Origin: an uncultured Hyphomicrobiales bacterium
GTDB lineage: Bacteria; Bacteroidota; Ignavibacteria; Kapaibacteriales; UBA2268
NCBI GenBank assembly: GCA_964454445.1
Contig: CAYVTD010000013.1
Span: 1-62,140 of the forward strand
Reading direction: 5' to 3'
DNA: 62,140 nucleotides
How positions within the stretch are numbered: position 1 is the first letter of the stretch; every line of letters begins with the position of its first letter. The notes under the pieces were generated by a model. That model made no database searches. It was not told where the DNA came from and was given only the letters and a program-made list of their open reading frames with translations. The position numbers and the translations under genes are program-made. This document shows, piece by piece, positions 19,665 through 28,898 of the stretch.

Positions 19665-21179
19665 ATGATGAAAAAAATCAAAATAACAGTTTTATTAGTA
19701 GCGTTTTTCCTCATCGGATTGAGCAATATTCAAGCTCAGTATTTTCAACCTGAACAGGAAAAACTGCAAACAATAAAGGATTTATCAACTCTTGATTCTA
19801 GTATAAGCAGGTATTTCCCGAGATGGAAGGTTTGTGAAGATAATTTAAAAGTTTCAATTTATCAGGCATTTGTGCTTAGTGGCGCAGATAAAGAGCTACT
19901 CGATATGCAAGACATTAGGATACTTGCCGCGCCGAGGCCAATAGGCAGCAATATACCTTTTACTATTTTATTAATTGAATGTGGCAAAGCTTCGATGAAT
20001 TCTGTTGAAGTCGAACGCAATCTTGGTGGTAGGTTAATAGGCTTTATTGCCGGACAATATCCCTATATCCAATATACAAAAACTCCTGGTATGGCACTTA
20101 GGAACGAATATATTGATAATAGAGACTATTGTTACGAAACAATACCAGCAGATATTCCTGTCAATGAGAGCCAAATGACAGCTATTCAAGGTTATCTCGA
20201 ACCAATCAATGTTCACCATGCCTTTACTGTGTCTTTATTTGAACAGAGTTTGAAAATTGGCAATACTGGATTTTGGCTTAAGGCAACTATGGGTAACGAT
20301 GAGATTGGTTATCCATTCTGGTCATCAGGCGAAGCAGGGATTACCTTGTCAAGACCTTTATATGTAAACGAGAATCCTAAATATAAACGAATGTTTCCAT
20401 ATCTTATTAATGCTCATATAGGAGCCGGTTACAGAATCTCTAGCGGTGTTGGCAATGATAGCGAAATACTTGGCTGGATAAAACAGAGGAAATTGAATTC
20501 TGGTCCTTATGGAAAATTGCATGCCGGTTTCGATATTAGTTTGCCACAACATCCATTTTTTGGTCTTAGTGCAAATGCTATACTTCCTTTTGAATCTTTG
20601 AAAACCAAGAGTATAGATGAATCTGACTATACTTATTATTCTATTGTTAATCCAAAAACGGGATTGCCAAGAGTAACTCCCAGCATTTATTTCCCAAGTG
20701 AAGTCGCTGAGTTTTATAATACAGTAGCTCCAGTATTAACATCTTCAGGGCAGGTTGCATTTTTTTATTATTGGATGCCAAATATGAATAATCCTGAAAA
20801 CTTTTTTAGGGTTGACCTTGGCATTTGCTATACAGAAGTACAAGAGGTTGGTGCTTATAGAATATTTACTAATGAATATAAGGAATTTACTCAATCCTTC
20901 AATATGTCACCTGATTTGTTTGACGGATTAAAGATGTACCATCCGACAGAATTTGGTGACTGGTTCTTTTTTAAATTGCAATATAGGAATCAAGCAGCTT
21001 TTCCATTTGGTATGAGTTTGCAATATTCTAACCAAATGCTCTTGGGCAGAGTCTATATCCCACTACTTGGCGATTGGCTTTACCTTGATGCAAAATATGC
21101 AACTCCTCTAAGAGGTGTTCGTCCTTATGAAAACCAAAGTTTCTATGTGATTTCTCCTTTGCTTAGGATTACGATCTAA
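19665..21179 (+). CDS. Outer-membrane protein: periplasmic N-terminal domain plus C-terminal beta-barrel (paralog B)
   Basis: Signal peptide and the same architecture as the upstream gene. The C-terminus SFYVISPLLRITI aligns with NSVFIPMLRFMVYF of paralog A, and both share an internal FWS-containing motif. Confidence 0.55.
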   Translation: MMKKIKITVLLVAFFLIGLSNIQAQYFQPEQEKLQTIKDLSTLDSSISRYFPRWKVCEDNLKVSIYQAFVLSGADKELLDMQDIRILAAPRPIGSNIPFTILLIECGKASMNSVEVERNLGGRLIGFIAGQYPYIQYTKTPGMALRNEYIDNRDYCYETIPADIPVNESQMTAIQGYLEPINVHHAFTVSLFEQSLKIGNTGFWLKATMGNDEIGYPFWSSGEAGITLSRPLYVNENPKYKRMFPYLINAHIGAGYRISSGVGNDSEILGWIKQRKLNSGPYGKLHAGFDISLPQHPFFGLSANAILPFESLKTKSIDESDYTYYSIVNPKTGLPRVTPSIYFPSEVAEFYNTVAPVLTSSGQVAFFYYWMPNMNNPENFFRVDLGICYTEVQEVGAYRIFTNEYKEFTQSFNMSPDLFDGLKMYHPTEFGDWFFFKLQYRNQAAFPFGMSLQYSNQMLLGRVYIPLLGDWLYLDAKYATPLRGVRPYENQSFYVISPLLRITI

Positions 21180-21196
21180 TTGGGATTGATTTATAA

Positions 21197-21243
21197 AATA
21201 CTCCCTATAACAACTGTATGCCTTGTTGGGGAGTATTTTTTTT
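21197..21243 (+). terminator. Rho-independent terminator (long stem-loop with inner helix)
   Basis: AATACTCCC ... GGGGAGTATT outer stem, with an AACAA/TTGTT inner stem, followed by a T8 run. It lies 18 bp after the stop at 21179. Confidence 0.55.
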
Positions 21244-21263
21244 AACATTGGCGTATTGACAAA

Positions 21264-22598
21264 ATGAAACGAACTCTTTTTATTATTATCTTTTCTTTGC
21301 TTTTTTTAGCTAAAGCTTTTTCCATCGAAGGAACTGTTGATGCCGATTCGCTCGACAGAGCTTTGAAATTAGCTCAAGAAGCTAAAATTCAAGCTGTTCA
21401 AAAGGAAATTGAAATAACTATAAGAAATGTTGATATTTCAAAATTTCCTGAGATTAATGTTATTATCGAGGCATTTAACAATTTAGGACAACCCTTGGAT
21501 TCATTAAGCCCTCAAAGCTTGACTGTATTGGAAAATGGCGTAGTGAAAAAGATAATTTCTGTAAAAAGGCTTTCTACAAATGAACGTGTTCCCGTAGACT
21601 TTGTCTTTTTAATTGACAAAACAGGTACGATGCAAAACTATATGAACTCTGTTATGAGCAATATTACTAGCTTTGCCACATCGCTGATGGCTCGAGGTAT
21701 TGATTATCAGATTGGACTTATTTTGTTTACTGACACTGTGGACGAGATCTATCAACCATCAAATAACGTTCTATCTTTTCTTAATTGGTTACGTCCTGTA
21801 AAAGCCACTGGTGGACACGATATCAAAGAGAATGCTTTAGAAGCTTTAGAAGCAGTCACACGTGATATAAAATTCCGTCCATCTGCTAATAAGGTCGTTG
21901 TTTTAATAACTGATGCCCCTTATCATCAAAAGGGCGATAAGGGAGGATATGGGATTACCGACCAGACAACAAGTTCAATAATTGATTTACTTGTTAAGAA
22001 TGAAGTGCGCGTTTTTGCCATTGTGCCACCGGGTTTAAAAGAGTATCTAACTATAAGTGAAAGTACTCGTGGAAAGATGTATAACATAGATTATCCATTC
22101 GCAACTGTTCTAGATAATTTCTCAAATCAGCTTACTAATCTTTTTGCTTTAAAATATCTTACTGAACTCGAAGCCATACCGGATTCGATTGATATCTCGC
22201 TTATTAACGAACAAAAGCAAGAGCTTGTCAGGAAAACTATCCCCATTGTTGAATTAGGAAGAAAACTTATAATCGAGAATTTGCTTTATGAAACCAACAG
22301 TGCCTTGCTAGCAGATTCTATACCTGAACTTAATGTTTTATATGAATTTATGAACAACAAGAAAAACGTTAAGATACTTGTCGAAGGGCATACTGATTCA
22401 AGGGGTAGCCACGCTATTAATGATGTGCTATCGTTGAGACGCGCAGAAAGTGTAAAAGAATATCTTGTTAAAAAAGGCGTAAACCCCGACAGAATTGCAA
22501 CTATCGGATATGGTAAACGCAAGCCCATTGCAAGTAATAATACTGCTTTTGGAATGAAGCTTAACCGTAGAACTGAGATAGTAATTGTTGCAAAATAA
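21264..22598 (+). CDS. Periplasmic vWA-domain protein with C-terminal OmpA_C-like peptidoglycan-binding domain
   Basis: Signal peptide. The vWA region has a MIDAS-like DKTGT...VVVLITDAPYH. The C-terminus VEGHTDSRGSHAINDVLSLRRAESVKEYL...NRRTEIVIV is a classical OmpA domain. Confidence 0.75.
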   Translation: MKRTLFIIIFSLLFLAKAFSIEGTVDADSLDRALKLAQEAKIQAVQKEIEITIRNVDISKFPEINVIIEAFNNLGQPLDSLSPQSLTVLENGVVKKIISVKRLSTNERVPVDFVFLIDKTGTMQNYMNSVMSNITSFATSLMARGIDYQIGLILFTDTVDEIYQPSNNVLSFLNWLRPVKATGGHDIKENALEALEAVTRDIKFRPSANKVVVLITDAPYHQKGDKGGYGITDQTTSSIIDLLVKNEVRVFAIVPPGLKEYLTISESTRGKMYNIDYPFATVLDNFSNQLTNLFALKYLTELEAIPDSIDISLINEQKQELVRKTIPIVELGRKLIIENLLYETNSALLADSIPELNVLYEFMNNKKNVKILVEGHTDSRGSHAINDVLSLRRAESVKEYLVKKGVNPDRIATIGYGKRKPIASNNTAFGMKLNRRTEIVIVAK

Positions 22599-22608
22599 TA
22601 TTTTTTTC

Positions 22609-24093
22609 TTAGCTTACTCTTTCACGCTCTTTAATTATGTAATCGAAGAGTTCCTGAACGAAATCAGAGACAAGACAGTATTTCTCTGGTTCCACTTTAA
22701 CACCGTTTAAATACAGAAATCGGACATAATCACCTTGCTCATCGATTTCAGGTATGATACCTACAAAGAAAAATCCCAATTTCTCTGCTTCTTTATACAT
22801 TGTAGCAGTATCCGGATGCGACATTGGAAGGTCGAGAAAGTTAATCTCGATTTTCTTTTCGATGAGTTCTGCAAGTCTATGCTTGAGCATTGCAGAAAAA
22901 TCATATCCATAATTGATGACACAAATATATGACATTTGTATTGATTCAATGATTTTCAAATTAGCTTCTGTGATTTCAGGAATTATCAGTTTGCCACTTG
23001 CAACACCATAAGTTCTATTAAAATTGTTTCTTTTATATATCTTATCAATTATTGTCTGGTGTCTGTGTGGGATATAGACGATGCGATTTGGTTCGGGATT
23101 AGTCCTAAGATAAAAGAATACTACGGATTGGCGAAAAGGGACGGCACCCTCATCTTGAATCTTTTTAAAATTCATAGAATCAGGAATAAAACACAATAGA
23201 AAGCCAGTTTCATAAGCTCCTATGGAAAGATTGCCTTTTTGGGTGTATGGGTGAACTGTTACGGCTTCGCTATAAACCCCGTAAAGGCCAACTTGCTGAG
23301 CATATTCGACCATAAAGCTTTTCATTCTTTTAAACAAATTATGTCCTCGATAACGTGGATCGACAACTGCCTGACCAGAATCTGCCACTTTTGCTCCAAT
23401 TGATGGATATGCCAGAGCAAGATGCCCAACAATTTCTTTTGTATTTTTATCAATGGAAATTACCGATTTAACGATACCACTTTCCAAGTTTTCACGAATT
23501 TTATCGGGGTAATATATTGAATCAAGAGCATAAGAATAACCATAGCTGCGGTAAACACATCTTGCCATAGCAGTAGCATCATCAGGAGTCATAAAACGAA
23601 GTTCGATATCCGCACTTTCGAGCCTGGTTTTGTCCATTTCTTTCAATTCTTTTTTCTCTTGCTCGGTAAGTGTATCGCTGATGATTTTGTAAGGAATATT
23701 TTTGATTAATTCAACACATTTACCATTTTTGCCGAGATTTAAAAAAGTAACTTCGTCGGTCATTCCCCGGATAAGTTTTATTCCCATACCTTCTGACTTG
23801 CCTTGTTCGACTTGCCGGAAATCGACAGGAAGTCCTTTGTCAAAAACTAGCAAGACAACTTGGTTGGGCCGTCTTTCTAAAACAATGTCGAGTTCTCCTT
23901 TTTCATCGGGATCGAAAGCGTGTTCTATTACATTAAGTGATGCTTCCTCGAGTGCAAGCCGCATGCGGAGAGTGTCTTTTTTATCGAAACCGATGATTTT
24001 TAGCATACTTTCGAAGAAATCCAGAGCCGGTCCGAGAGCCTGGGTCTCTGCAGGTATTGATAATTGAGCTAAAGGTTTGTTTATATCAGGCAT
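22609..24093 (-). CDS. Fusion protein: RsbW/SpoIIAB-like HATPase_c (anti-sigma-factor kinase-like) N-terminus plus tandem GNAT acetyltransferase-like domains
   Basis: N-box-like EEASLNVIEHAF and G-box-like SEGMGIKLIRGMTDE in the first ~140 aa. It is followed by GNAT motif-A-like VDPRYRGHNLFKRM and a second GNAT-like repeat. Confidence 0.55.
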   Translation of the reverse strand: MPDINKPLAQLSIPAETQALGPALDFFESMLKIIGFDKKDTLRMRLALEEASLNVIEHAFDPDEKGELDIVLERRPNQVVLLVFDKGLPVDFRQVEQGKSEGMGIKLIRGMTDEVTFLNLGKNGKCVELIKNIPYKIISDTLTEQEKKELKEMDKTRLESADIELRFMTPDDATAMARCVYRSYGYSYALDSIYYPDKIRENLESGIVKSVISIDKNTKEIVGHLALAYPSIGAKVADSGQAVVDPRYRGHNLFKRMKSFMVEYAQQVGLYGVYSEAVTVHPYTQKGNLSIGAYETGFLLCFIPDSMNFKKIQDEGAVPFRQSVVFFYLRTNPEPNRIVYIPHRHQTIIDKIYKRNNFNRTYGVASGKLIIPEITEANLKIIESIQMSYICVINYGYDFSAMLKHRLAELIEKKIEINFLDLPMSHPDTATMYKEAEKLGFFFVGIIPEIDEQGDYVRFLYLNGVKVEPEKYCLVSDFVQELFDYIIKERERVS

Positions 24094-24173
24094 TAGAATT
24101 GTTTTATTACTATAACAAAAAAATTCAATGCAATTTACTGAGAATGAAGATAAAATGAAAAGAAAATTTTTAA

Positions 24174-24776
24174 TTATTTTACAACATCGCAGTTAGCTAA
24201 AGGCAGATAAATAGACTTAGGATAACGACGGGCAAGGAGATCAAACATCTCTTTGGCTTGCTGCTTTTTGCCGGAAACACAATGCAGTTGACCAAGACGA
24301 ACAATCACTTTTTCCATAATGGCATCAGGGATATTGCTTTTATACAGGTCGTTCAATATTGATTGGGCAGGATTTAGTTTATTCTCTAATATAAGACATT
24401 CGCTTAGATAGAACAATGATTCATACCGCAAGGAATCGGTTTTTGCAAAGGTTTCAGAAAGATGGCGAAACTCCGGGCAAGCTGAAGAATATAATTCTTT
24501 ATCGAAATCCACAGAAGCTAAAGCGAATTGATTTACCAAATTATTCTTTGAGCTTTGAGGCGATGGTTCAATAATTATCGTAGTAGTGTCGGAAAATCTT
24601 GATTTTGCTGATTGTTTGGTCTGATCATCTTTACTGCTCCTGACAGAAGCTGGTTTATTTGATGCAACCTTACTTGACTGTTGAGATTTTGATTGTTTTG
24701 ACCCAGTTCTAACAGAAGAGCAACCGGAAAAAACAAGTAAAACAGCTAAGATAACAATTATTAATAGATTTTTCAT
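24174..24776 (-). CDS. Lipoprotein with Ser/Gln-rich linker and C-terminal TPR-like helical domain
   Basis: Lipobox LVFSGC, a low-complexity SKQSKSQQSSK region, and a TPR-like helical C-terminus. Confidence 0.45.
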   Translation of the reverse strand: MKNLLIIVILAVLLVFSGCSSVRTGSKQSKSQQSSKVASNKPASVRSSKDDQTKQSAKSRFSDTTTIIIEPSPQSSKNNLVNQFALASVDFDKELYSSACPEFRHLSETFAKTDSLRYESLFYLSECLILENKLNPAQSILNDLYKSNIPDAIMEKVIVRLGQLHCVSGKKQQAKEMFDLLARRYPKSIYLPLANCDVVK

Positions 24777-24786
24777 ATAATCCTAA

Positions 24787-24819
24787 AGAAAAAGCTAATA
24801 TTCTTTTATTAGCTATTTT
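24787..24819 (-). terminator. Rho-independent terminator for the minus-strand lipoprotein gene
   Basis: Perfect 8-bp stem AGCTAATA / TATTAGCT with a 6-nt loop. Read on the minus strand, the hairpin is followed by a T5 run. It is about 50 bp past the gene end at 24869. Confidence 0.55.
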
Positions 24820-24868
24820 ACAAGCAAAATTGAAGCCATTTTTTCTTTATTTAAAATATACTTCGAAT

Positions 24869-25915
24869 TTACAAAGGATATGCCAAAACAGAATTAGCAG
24901 GTAATAAAACGCGTCTTTTTTCTTCAGCTGTGGACTGGTCTGCAATTTTTGCAAAAATCTTACCGATTTCTTCGACCGTAATAATTAGTTCTTGTTTTTT
25001 GTCATTATATATTATCTGTTTATAATTAGCTCTGCCGGCAAGGGATATACCGCTAAATGATTTAGCATTAAAGCGTAAAAGATAATCTTTGGTGGCAACA
25101 AACGAAAGGCTATTGACAGTTGTAGCGTGAGAAATTGGGTTTTGCTCGACAGGATTAATGGTTGCAAAACCGATATCTTTTGTGCTAATGATGTTTGATG
25201 ATAGCACATCAAAGGAAGTGGCAACAGAGGCAGTTTTTGTTGGCGAGTCGTCGATTTTTCCGGTGCCAATGGATACACAGACAACTTTTTTCCCACTATC
25301 AGCTACTGATAGAAAAGCAGGACGGTCTGCTACAGTTATTGAATGAATCTCCTCATTCGAGCGTGAATCGACAATAGAAACTGTGTTTTGAAATGTGTTT
25401 GCAGTAAATATCTGATTGCCTGAACATTCTATGGCGCAAGCCTTGCCGCTAATAGTTACAGAACCACTAATCTGAAAATTTGTTAAATCGAGGCAAGAGA
25501 GAGATTCGTCGTTTTCATGGGCAATATAGGCGGTTGTAGCATTTGCAAAACAAATATCACTTGGTATTTTTTTGCTATCTGTGAAATCGATTAGAGATAC
25601 TCTATTCAGATTATCGGCTGAAAACACTTCAATTTTGAGCTCTTGCGGGATGACGAAAAAGAAAAGATTACCAAAATGCTTAATTCTTTTTACAGGGTAG
25701 TTATAGCTTGTCTCTGCTTTCTCGAGGAAAAGGTCATTAATTTCTATGCTGCCATCAACGACTTTTATTACTTTTACAAGTGGTTGAGCCCCGCCCACAA
25801 CGACAAATAATCTGTCTCTATTCACAGTATTATCAATGTTTGGGGCATCTTCGTTGCAAGAGACAAGAAAAAACGAAAAGAAGAGCATAATTAGCAATAC
25901 ATTTAATTTTTTCAT
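24869..25915 (-). CDS. Hypothetical lipoprotein (beta-rich, possibly beta-propeller)
   Basis: Start at 25915 gives MKKLNVLLIMLFFSFFLVSC, a classical lipoprotein signal. No recognisable catalytic motif. Confidence 0.5.
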   Translation of the reverse strand: MKKLNVLLIMLFFSFFLVSCNEDAPNIDNTVNRDRLFVVVGGAQPLVKVIKVVDGSIEINDLFLEKAETSYNYPVKRIKHFGNLFFFVIPQELKIEVFSADNLNRVSLIDFTDSKKIPSDICFANATTAYIAHENDESLSCLDLTNFQISGSVTISGKACAIECSGNQIFTANTFQNTVSIVDSRSNEEIHSITVADRPAFLSVADSGKKVVCVSIGTGKIDDSPTKTASVATSFDVLSSNIISTKDIGFATINPVEQNPISHATTVNSLSFVATKDYLLRFNAKSFSGISLAGRANYKQIIYNDKKQELIITVEEIGKIFAKIADQSTAEEKRRVLLPANSVLAYPL

Positions 25916-26065
25916 AACAACACACCACATAATTCTACAATATACTTATTTAATTATAGAAGTATTTTCAGGATTAATATTTTGCTTTGAACGAAAGAAA
26001 TCAACGAGAAAGTTCAATCCCTCTTTCTGTCTAAAACGGAAATAGTTGTAATGACTTTTTTTGCG

Positions 26066-26210
26066 TAAACCTTGAGGCTATCTCAAAAGGATTATTTTTT
26101 ATATAATTTGTCAGGCAAGGATGTCTAACCCCCTAGAAACAACTGGATTTGGTAGCATAAACATCCTTGTTTGTTCGGGACAATATTGGTTATGAGACAG
26201 CCTCAGGTTT
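26066..26210. other. Nested inverted-repeat element: candidate structured RNA, inverton or MITE-like element
   Basis: Outer 17-bp near-perfect inverted repeat AAACCTTGAGGCTATCTC (26066-26084) / GAGACAGCCTCAGGTTT (26194-26210). It encloses an inner perfect 9-bp inverted repeat CAAGGATGT (26116-26124) / ACATCCTTG (26161-26169). It lies in the 375-bp non-coding gap upstream of the lipoprotein gene. Confidence 0.25.
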
Positions 26211-26305
26211 TATCTTTTTCAGGTTAACTTGTTTAAAAATAAACTTATTAATGTTATCTTTGTCATTAGCGGCTATTATTCTATTTTGGACAAATGTGAT
26301 AGAAA

Positions 26306-27148
26306 CTAAAATTTTTCAATTATTTTCTTAATTAGCAAATTAAGGACTGGTTCCGCAGAATTTGCTGTTGCAATTATTTCATCTAAACTAACTGGTTTGA
26401 GTGAATCTGGGTAACATTCATCGGTAATAATCGACAAGCCTAGAACTTCCATGCCGGAATGATTGGCGGCAATGTTCTCTGGGACGGTGCTCATACCCAC
26501 GACATCTGCACCAATAGTGCGTAAGAAACGGTATTCTGCTCTTGTTTCGAGATTCGGACCAGGCAAGGCAACGTAAACGCCTTTATGTAGTTTTATATGA
26601 TTTTCCATAGAGGTTTTCTCAGCTATTTCAATAAGGCGTTTTGACCACGGTTGACTCATATCTGGGATGCGGGGACCAAGCATTTCTTCATTTGTTCCAA
26701 TCAGCGGGTTGCCTCCTAATAAATTAATGTGATCGTCTATAAGCATTATCGAGCCTTTTTTAAAATAGGGGTTAAGCGAGCCACAGGCGTTTGAAATCAG
26801 CAGTGTTTTTGCTCCTAGTGCCTTCATTACTCTTATCGGAAATGTAATTTGGCGCATAGTATAGCCTTCATAGTAATGAAAGCGTCCTTGCATGGCTACT
26901 ATTTGTTTGCCGGAGATTGCACCGAAGATTAATTTGCCGGAATGCGATTCAACTGTTGAAATTGGAAAATGAGGAATATCTGTATAATCAATTGAACATT
27001 CGATATTGATGTCTTTAACCAGCCCACCGAGTCCAGTGCCAAGCACAATGCCAATTTCAGGCGAGGATTGGGTTATTTTGCGGATATACTCTTCTGCTTC
27101 GCTAATTTGAGTAATCAGTTCGCTATTCTTTTTCATAATAAACAACAT
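26306..27148 (-). CDS. Purine nucleoside phosphorylase (PNP/MTAP family)
   Basis: GIVLGTGLGGL, VVGMSTVPE and the conserved C-terminal region. The ATG at 27136 is an alternative start. Confidence 0.8.
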   Translation of the reverse strand: MLFIMKKNSELITQISEAEEYIRKITQSSPEIGIVLGTGLGGLVKDINIECSIDYTDIPHFPISTVESHSGKLIFGAISGKQIVAMQGRFHYYEGYTMRQITFPIRVMKALGAKTLLISNACGSLNPYFKKGSIMLIDDHINLLGGNPLIGTNEEMLGPRIPDMSQPWSKRLIEIAEKTSMENHIKLHKGVYVALPGPNLETRAEYRFLRTIGADVVGMSTVPENIAANHSGMEVLGLSIITDECYPDSLKPVSLDEIIATANSAEPVLNLLIKKIIEKF

Positions 27149-27265
27149 AAAAAGTTTAACAAAATGGAATAAGAATAAAAGAGTGTCCGTTTGTTTTGTC
27201 TGACACTCTAAAGATTTAAAAAAATATAGTAAGTAAAATTTTATGCTTATTTGTCCGGATCAAGA

Positions 27266-28873
27266 TCATTTGTCATTATCGATATTTTTGTTCTTTAAAC
27301 TACTTAAGATATCTATTCCAGTTGCATTTTCGAGCATTTCGACCATTGAAATGACAGAAGCAGGAAGCTGTGTAAGCAATTTCGGGATTTGTCCTCCATT
27401 GCCAGAGCCGGAATCGATAACGCTGAGTTTGTCGATATTAACGCCTTGGACAGTGTCGGAAAGCTTTTGGACTAGATCTGGCAACATATTGAGCATAAAG
27501 ACCTTTTCGCCGTTGCCCTGAGCATTCAAGAAAGCCTGAATAGTCTGGTTGAGGACAAAAATCTTGGCATCTCCATCAGCAAGTATTGAAGCAGCCTTAC
27601 CTTTTGCTTCGAGTTCGAGAGCTTCTTTTCTTGCCTTGGCAGGCTCGATGACGTCAGCAGCAAGTTTCTTCTTTTGTAACTCGATACGCTCTTGTTCCAC
27701 CTCTTGTTCGAATACGACTTGCGCTTTTTGTCCTGAGACCACAGCTTCTTTTTCTTTTATAATAGCGTTTTTTTCGAGTTCAGCTTTGGTTATTCTGAGT
27801 TTGTTATTCTCGATTTCGATATTAGTACCTGCTTGTGCATTAGCAACTTTGATGTTTTTCTCGGCTTCGATTTTAGTTTGTTCTATTTGCTGTTTCGCAA
27901 TGGCATTAGCTTTCTCAGCCCGAGCCAAAGAAGCCGCTTCTTGTTCGCGGGCTTCAGCAGTTTTTTGAGCTTTTGCAATGGCAACGTTCTGCTCGGAATT
28001 AACTTGAGCAGTTTCTATTTCTTGTTTAGCTTCAGCTCTAGCTTTTTCGGCTCTTTGATTGGCGTTTGCTTCTGCTTCAAGTGTTATAGCTGTTTGAGTG
28101 GATTTAGCGATGGCAATATTCTGGTCGGCTTCGATTTTAGCTCTTTCTATTTCTTGTTTAGCTTTAGCTTTAGCTTTTTCAGCTTTTTCGATAGCGCTTG
28201 CTTCAGCTTCTTCAGCTTCGGCTTGCCTGTTTGCTTCTGCTTTGCGTGCTGAAGCAAGGACTTCGGCTGTTTTCATCCTGCCGATTGAATTCAGATAGCC
28301 TCTTTCGTCAGAAATATTTGTAATTTTCAAAGTATCAAGCTGGATGCCAAGTTTTTGTAAATCGACCTCTGCTTCTTCCATAAGCACTTCAGCAAACTTC
28401 ATTCTGTCTTCATTGACCTCTTCTGGGGTAAGCGAGGCAAGCACACCTCTTAAGTTTCCTTCCAATGTTTCTTTTGCAATTTTTTGGATTTCTTGCTCAC
28501 TCATATTTAAAAATCTTTCGACTGCATTACCAAATTGTGGTTCTTTCGAATCGATTTTTATATTTGCTATGGCATCGACAGCCAGAGGAATACCTCCTTT
28601 CGAGTAAGCATTTGTAACTGCGAGTTCGATTGGAATGGTTTCCAGAGACATTCGCGAGGCTTTTTCGACTAAAGGCATGCGCAATGCTCTTCCGCCACGG
28701 ATGATTCTATAACCTACGACTTCGCCGCCAGGTAATGTACGTTTCCTCCCCGACAAAATGATAACTTCATTTGGATGAGAAATCAACAAAAGCTTGCTTA
28801 TTGTTACCAAGATGATAATTAAAGCAAGTACGCCAAGCACCACTATGGTAACTATAAATTGACCAATCATCAT
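27266..28873 (-). CDS. Flotillin-like SPFH/band-7 protein
   Basis: N-terminal TM helix, SPFH domain, and a long C-terminal Ala/Glu/Lys coiled-coil with EA-repeats (AEAEEAEA, AKAEAKQEIE). Confidence 0.85.
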   Translation of the reverse strand: MMIGQFIVTIVVLGVLALIIILVTISKLLLISHPNEVIILSGRKRTLPGGEVVGYRIIRGGRALRMPLVEKASRMSLETIPIELAVTNAYSKGGIPLAVDAIANIKIDSKEPQFGNAVERFLNMSEQEIQKIAKETLEGNLRGVLASLTPEEVNEDRMKFAEVLMEEAEVDLQKLGIQLDTLKITNISDERGYLNSIGRMKTAEVLASARKAEANRQAEAEEAEASAIEKAEKAKAKAKQEIERAKIEADQNIAIAKSTQTAITLEAEANANQRAEKARAEAKQEIETAQVNSEQNVAIAKAQKTAEAREQEAASLARAEKANAIAKQQIEQTKIEAEKNIKVANAQAGTNIEIENNKLRITKAELEKNAIIKEKEAVVSGQKAQVVFEQEVEQERIELQKKKLAADVIEPAKARKEALELEAKGKAASILADGDAKIFVLNQTIQAFLNAQGNGEKVFMLNMLPDLVQKLSDTVQGVNIDKLSVIDSGSGNGGQIPKLLTQLPASVISMVEMLENATGIDILSSLKNKNIDNDK

Positions 28874-28898
28874 AACTCCTTGTTATAAAAAAACATAA

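Noticed and set aside
27549-28607. Several 60-140-codon ORFs antisense to the flotillin gene (27549..27968, 27833..28252, 28098..28298, 28344..28607)
   Set aside because: They lie entirely within and antisense to a confidently assigned gene. Their products are low-complexity mirror images of the EA-rich coiled-coil (Ser/Phe/Cys-rich). They are shadow ORFs.
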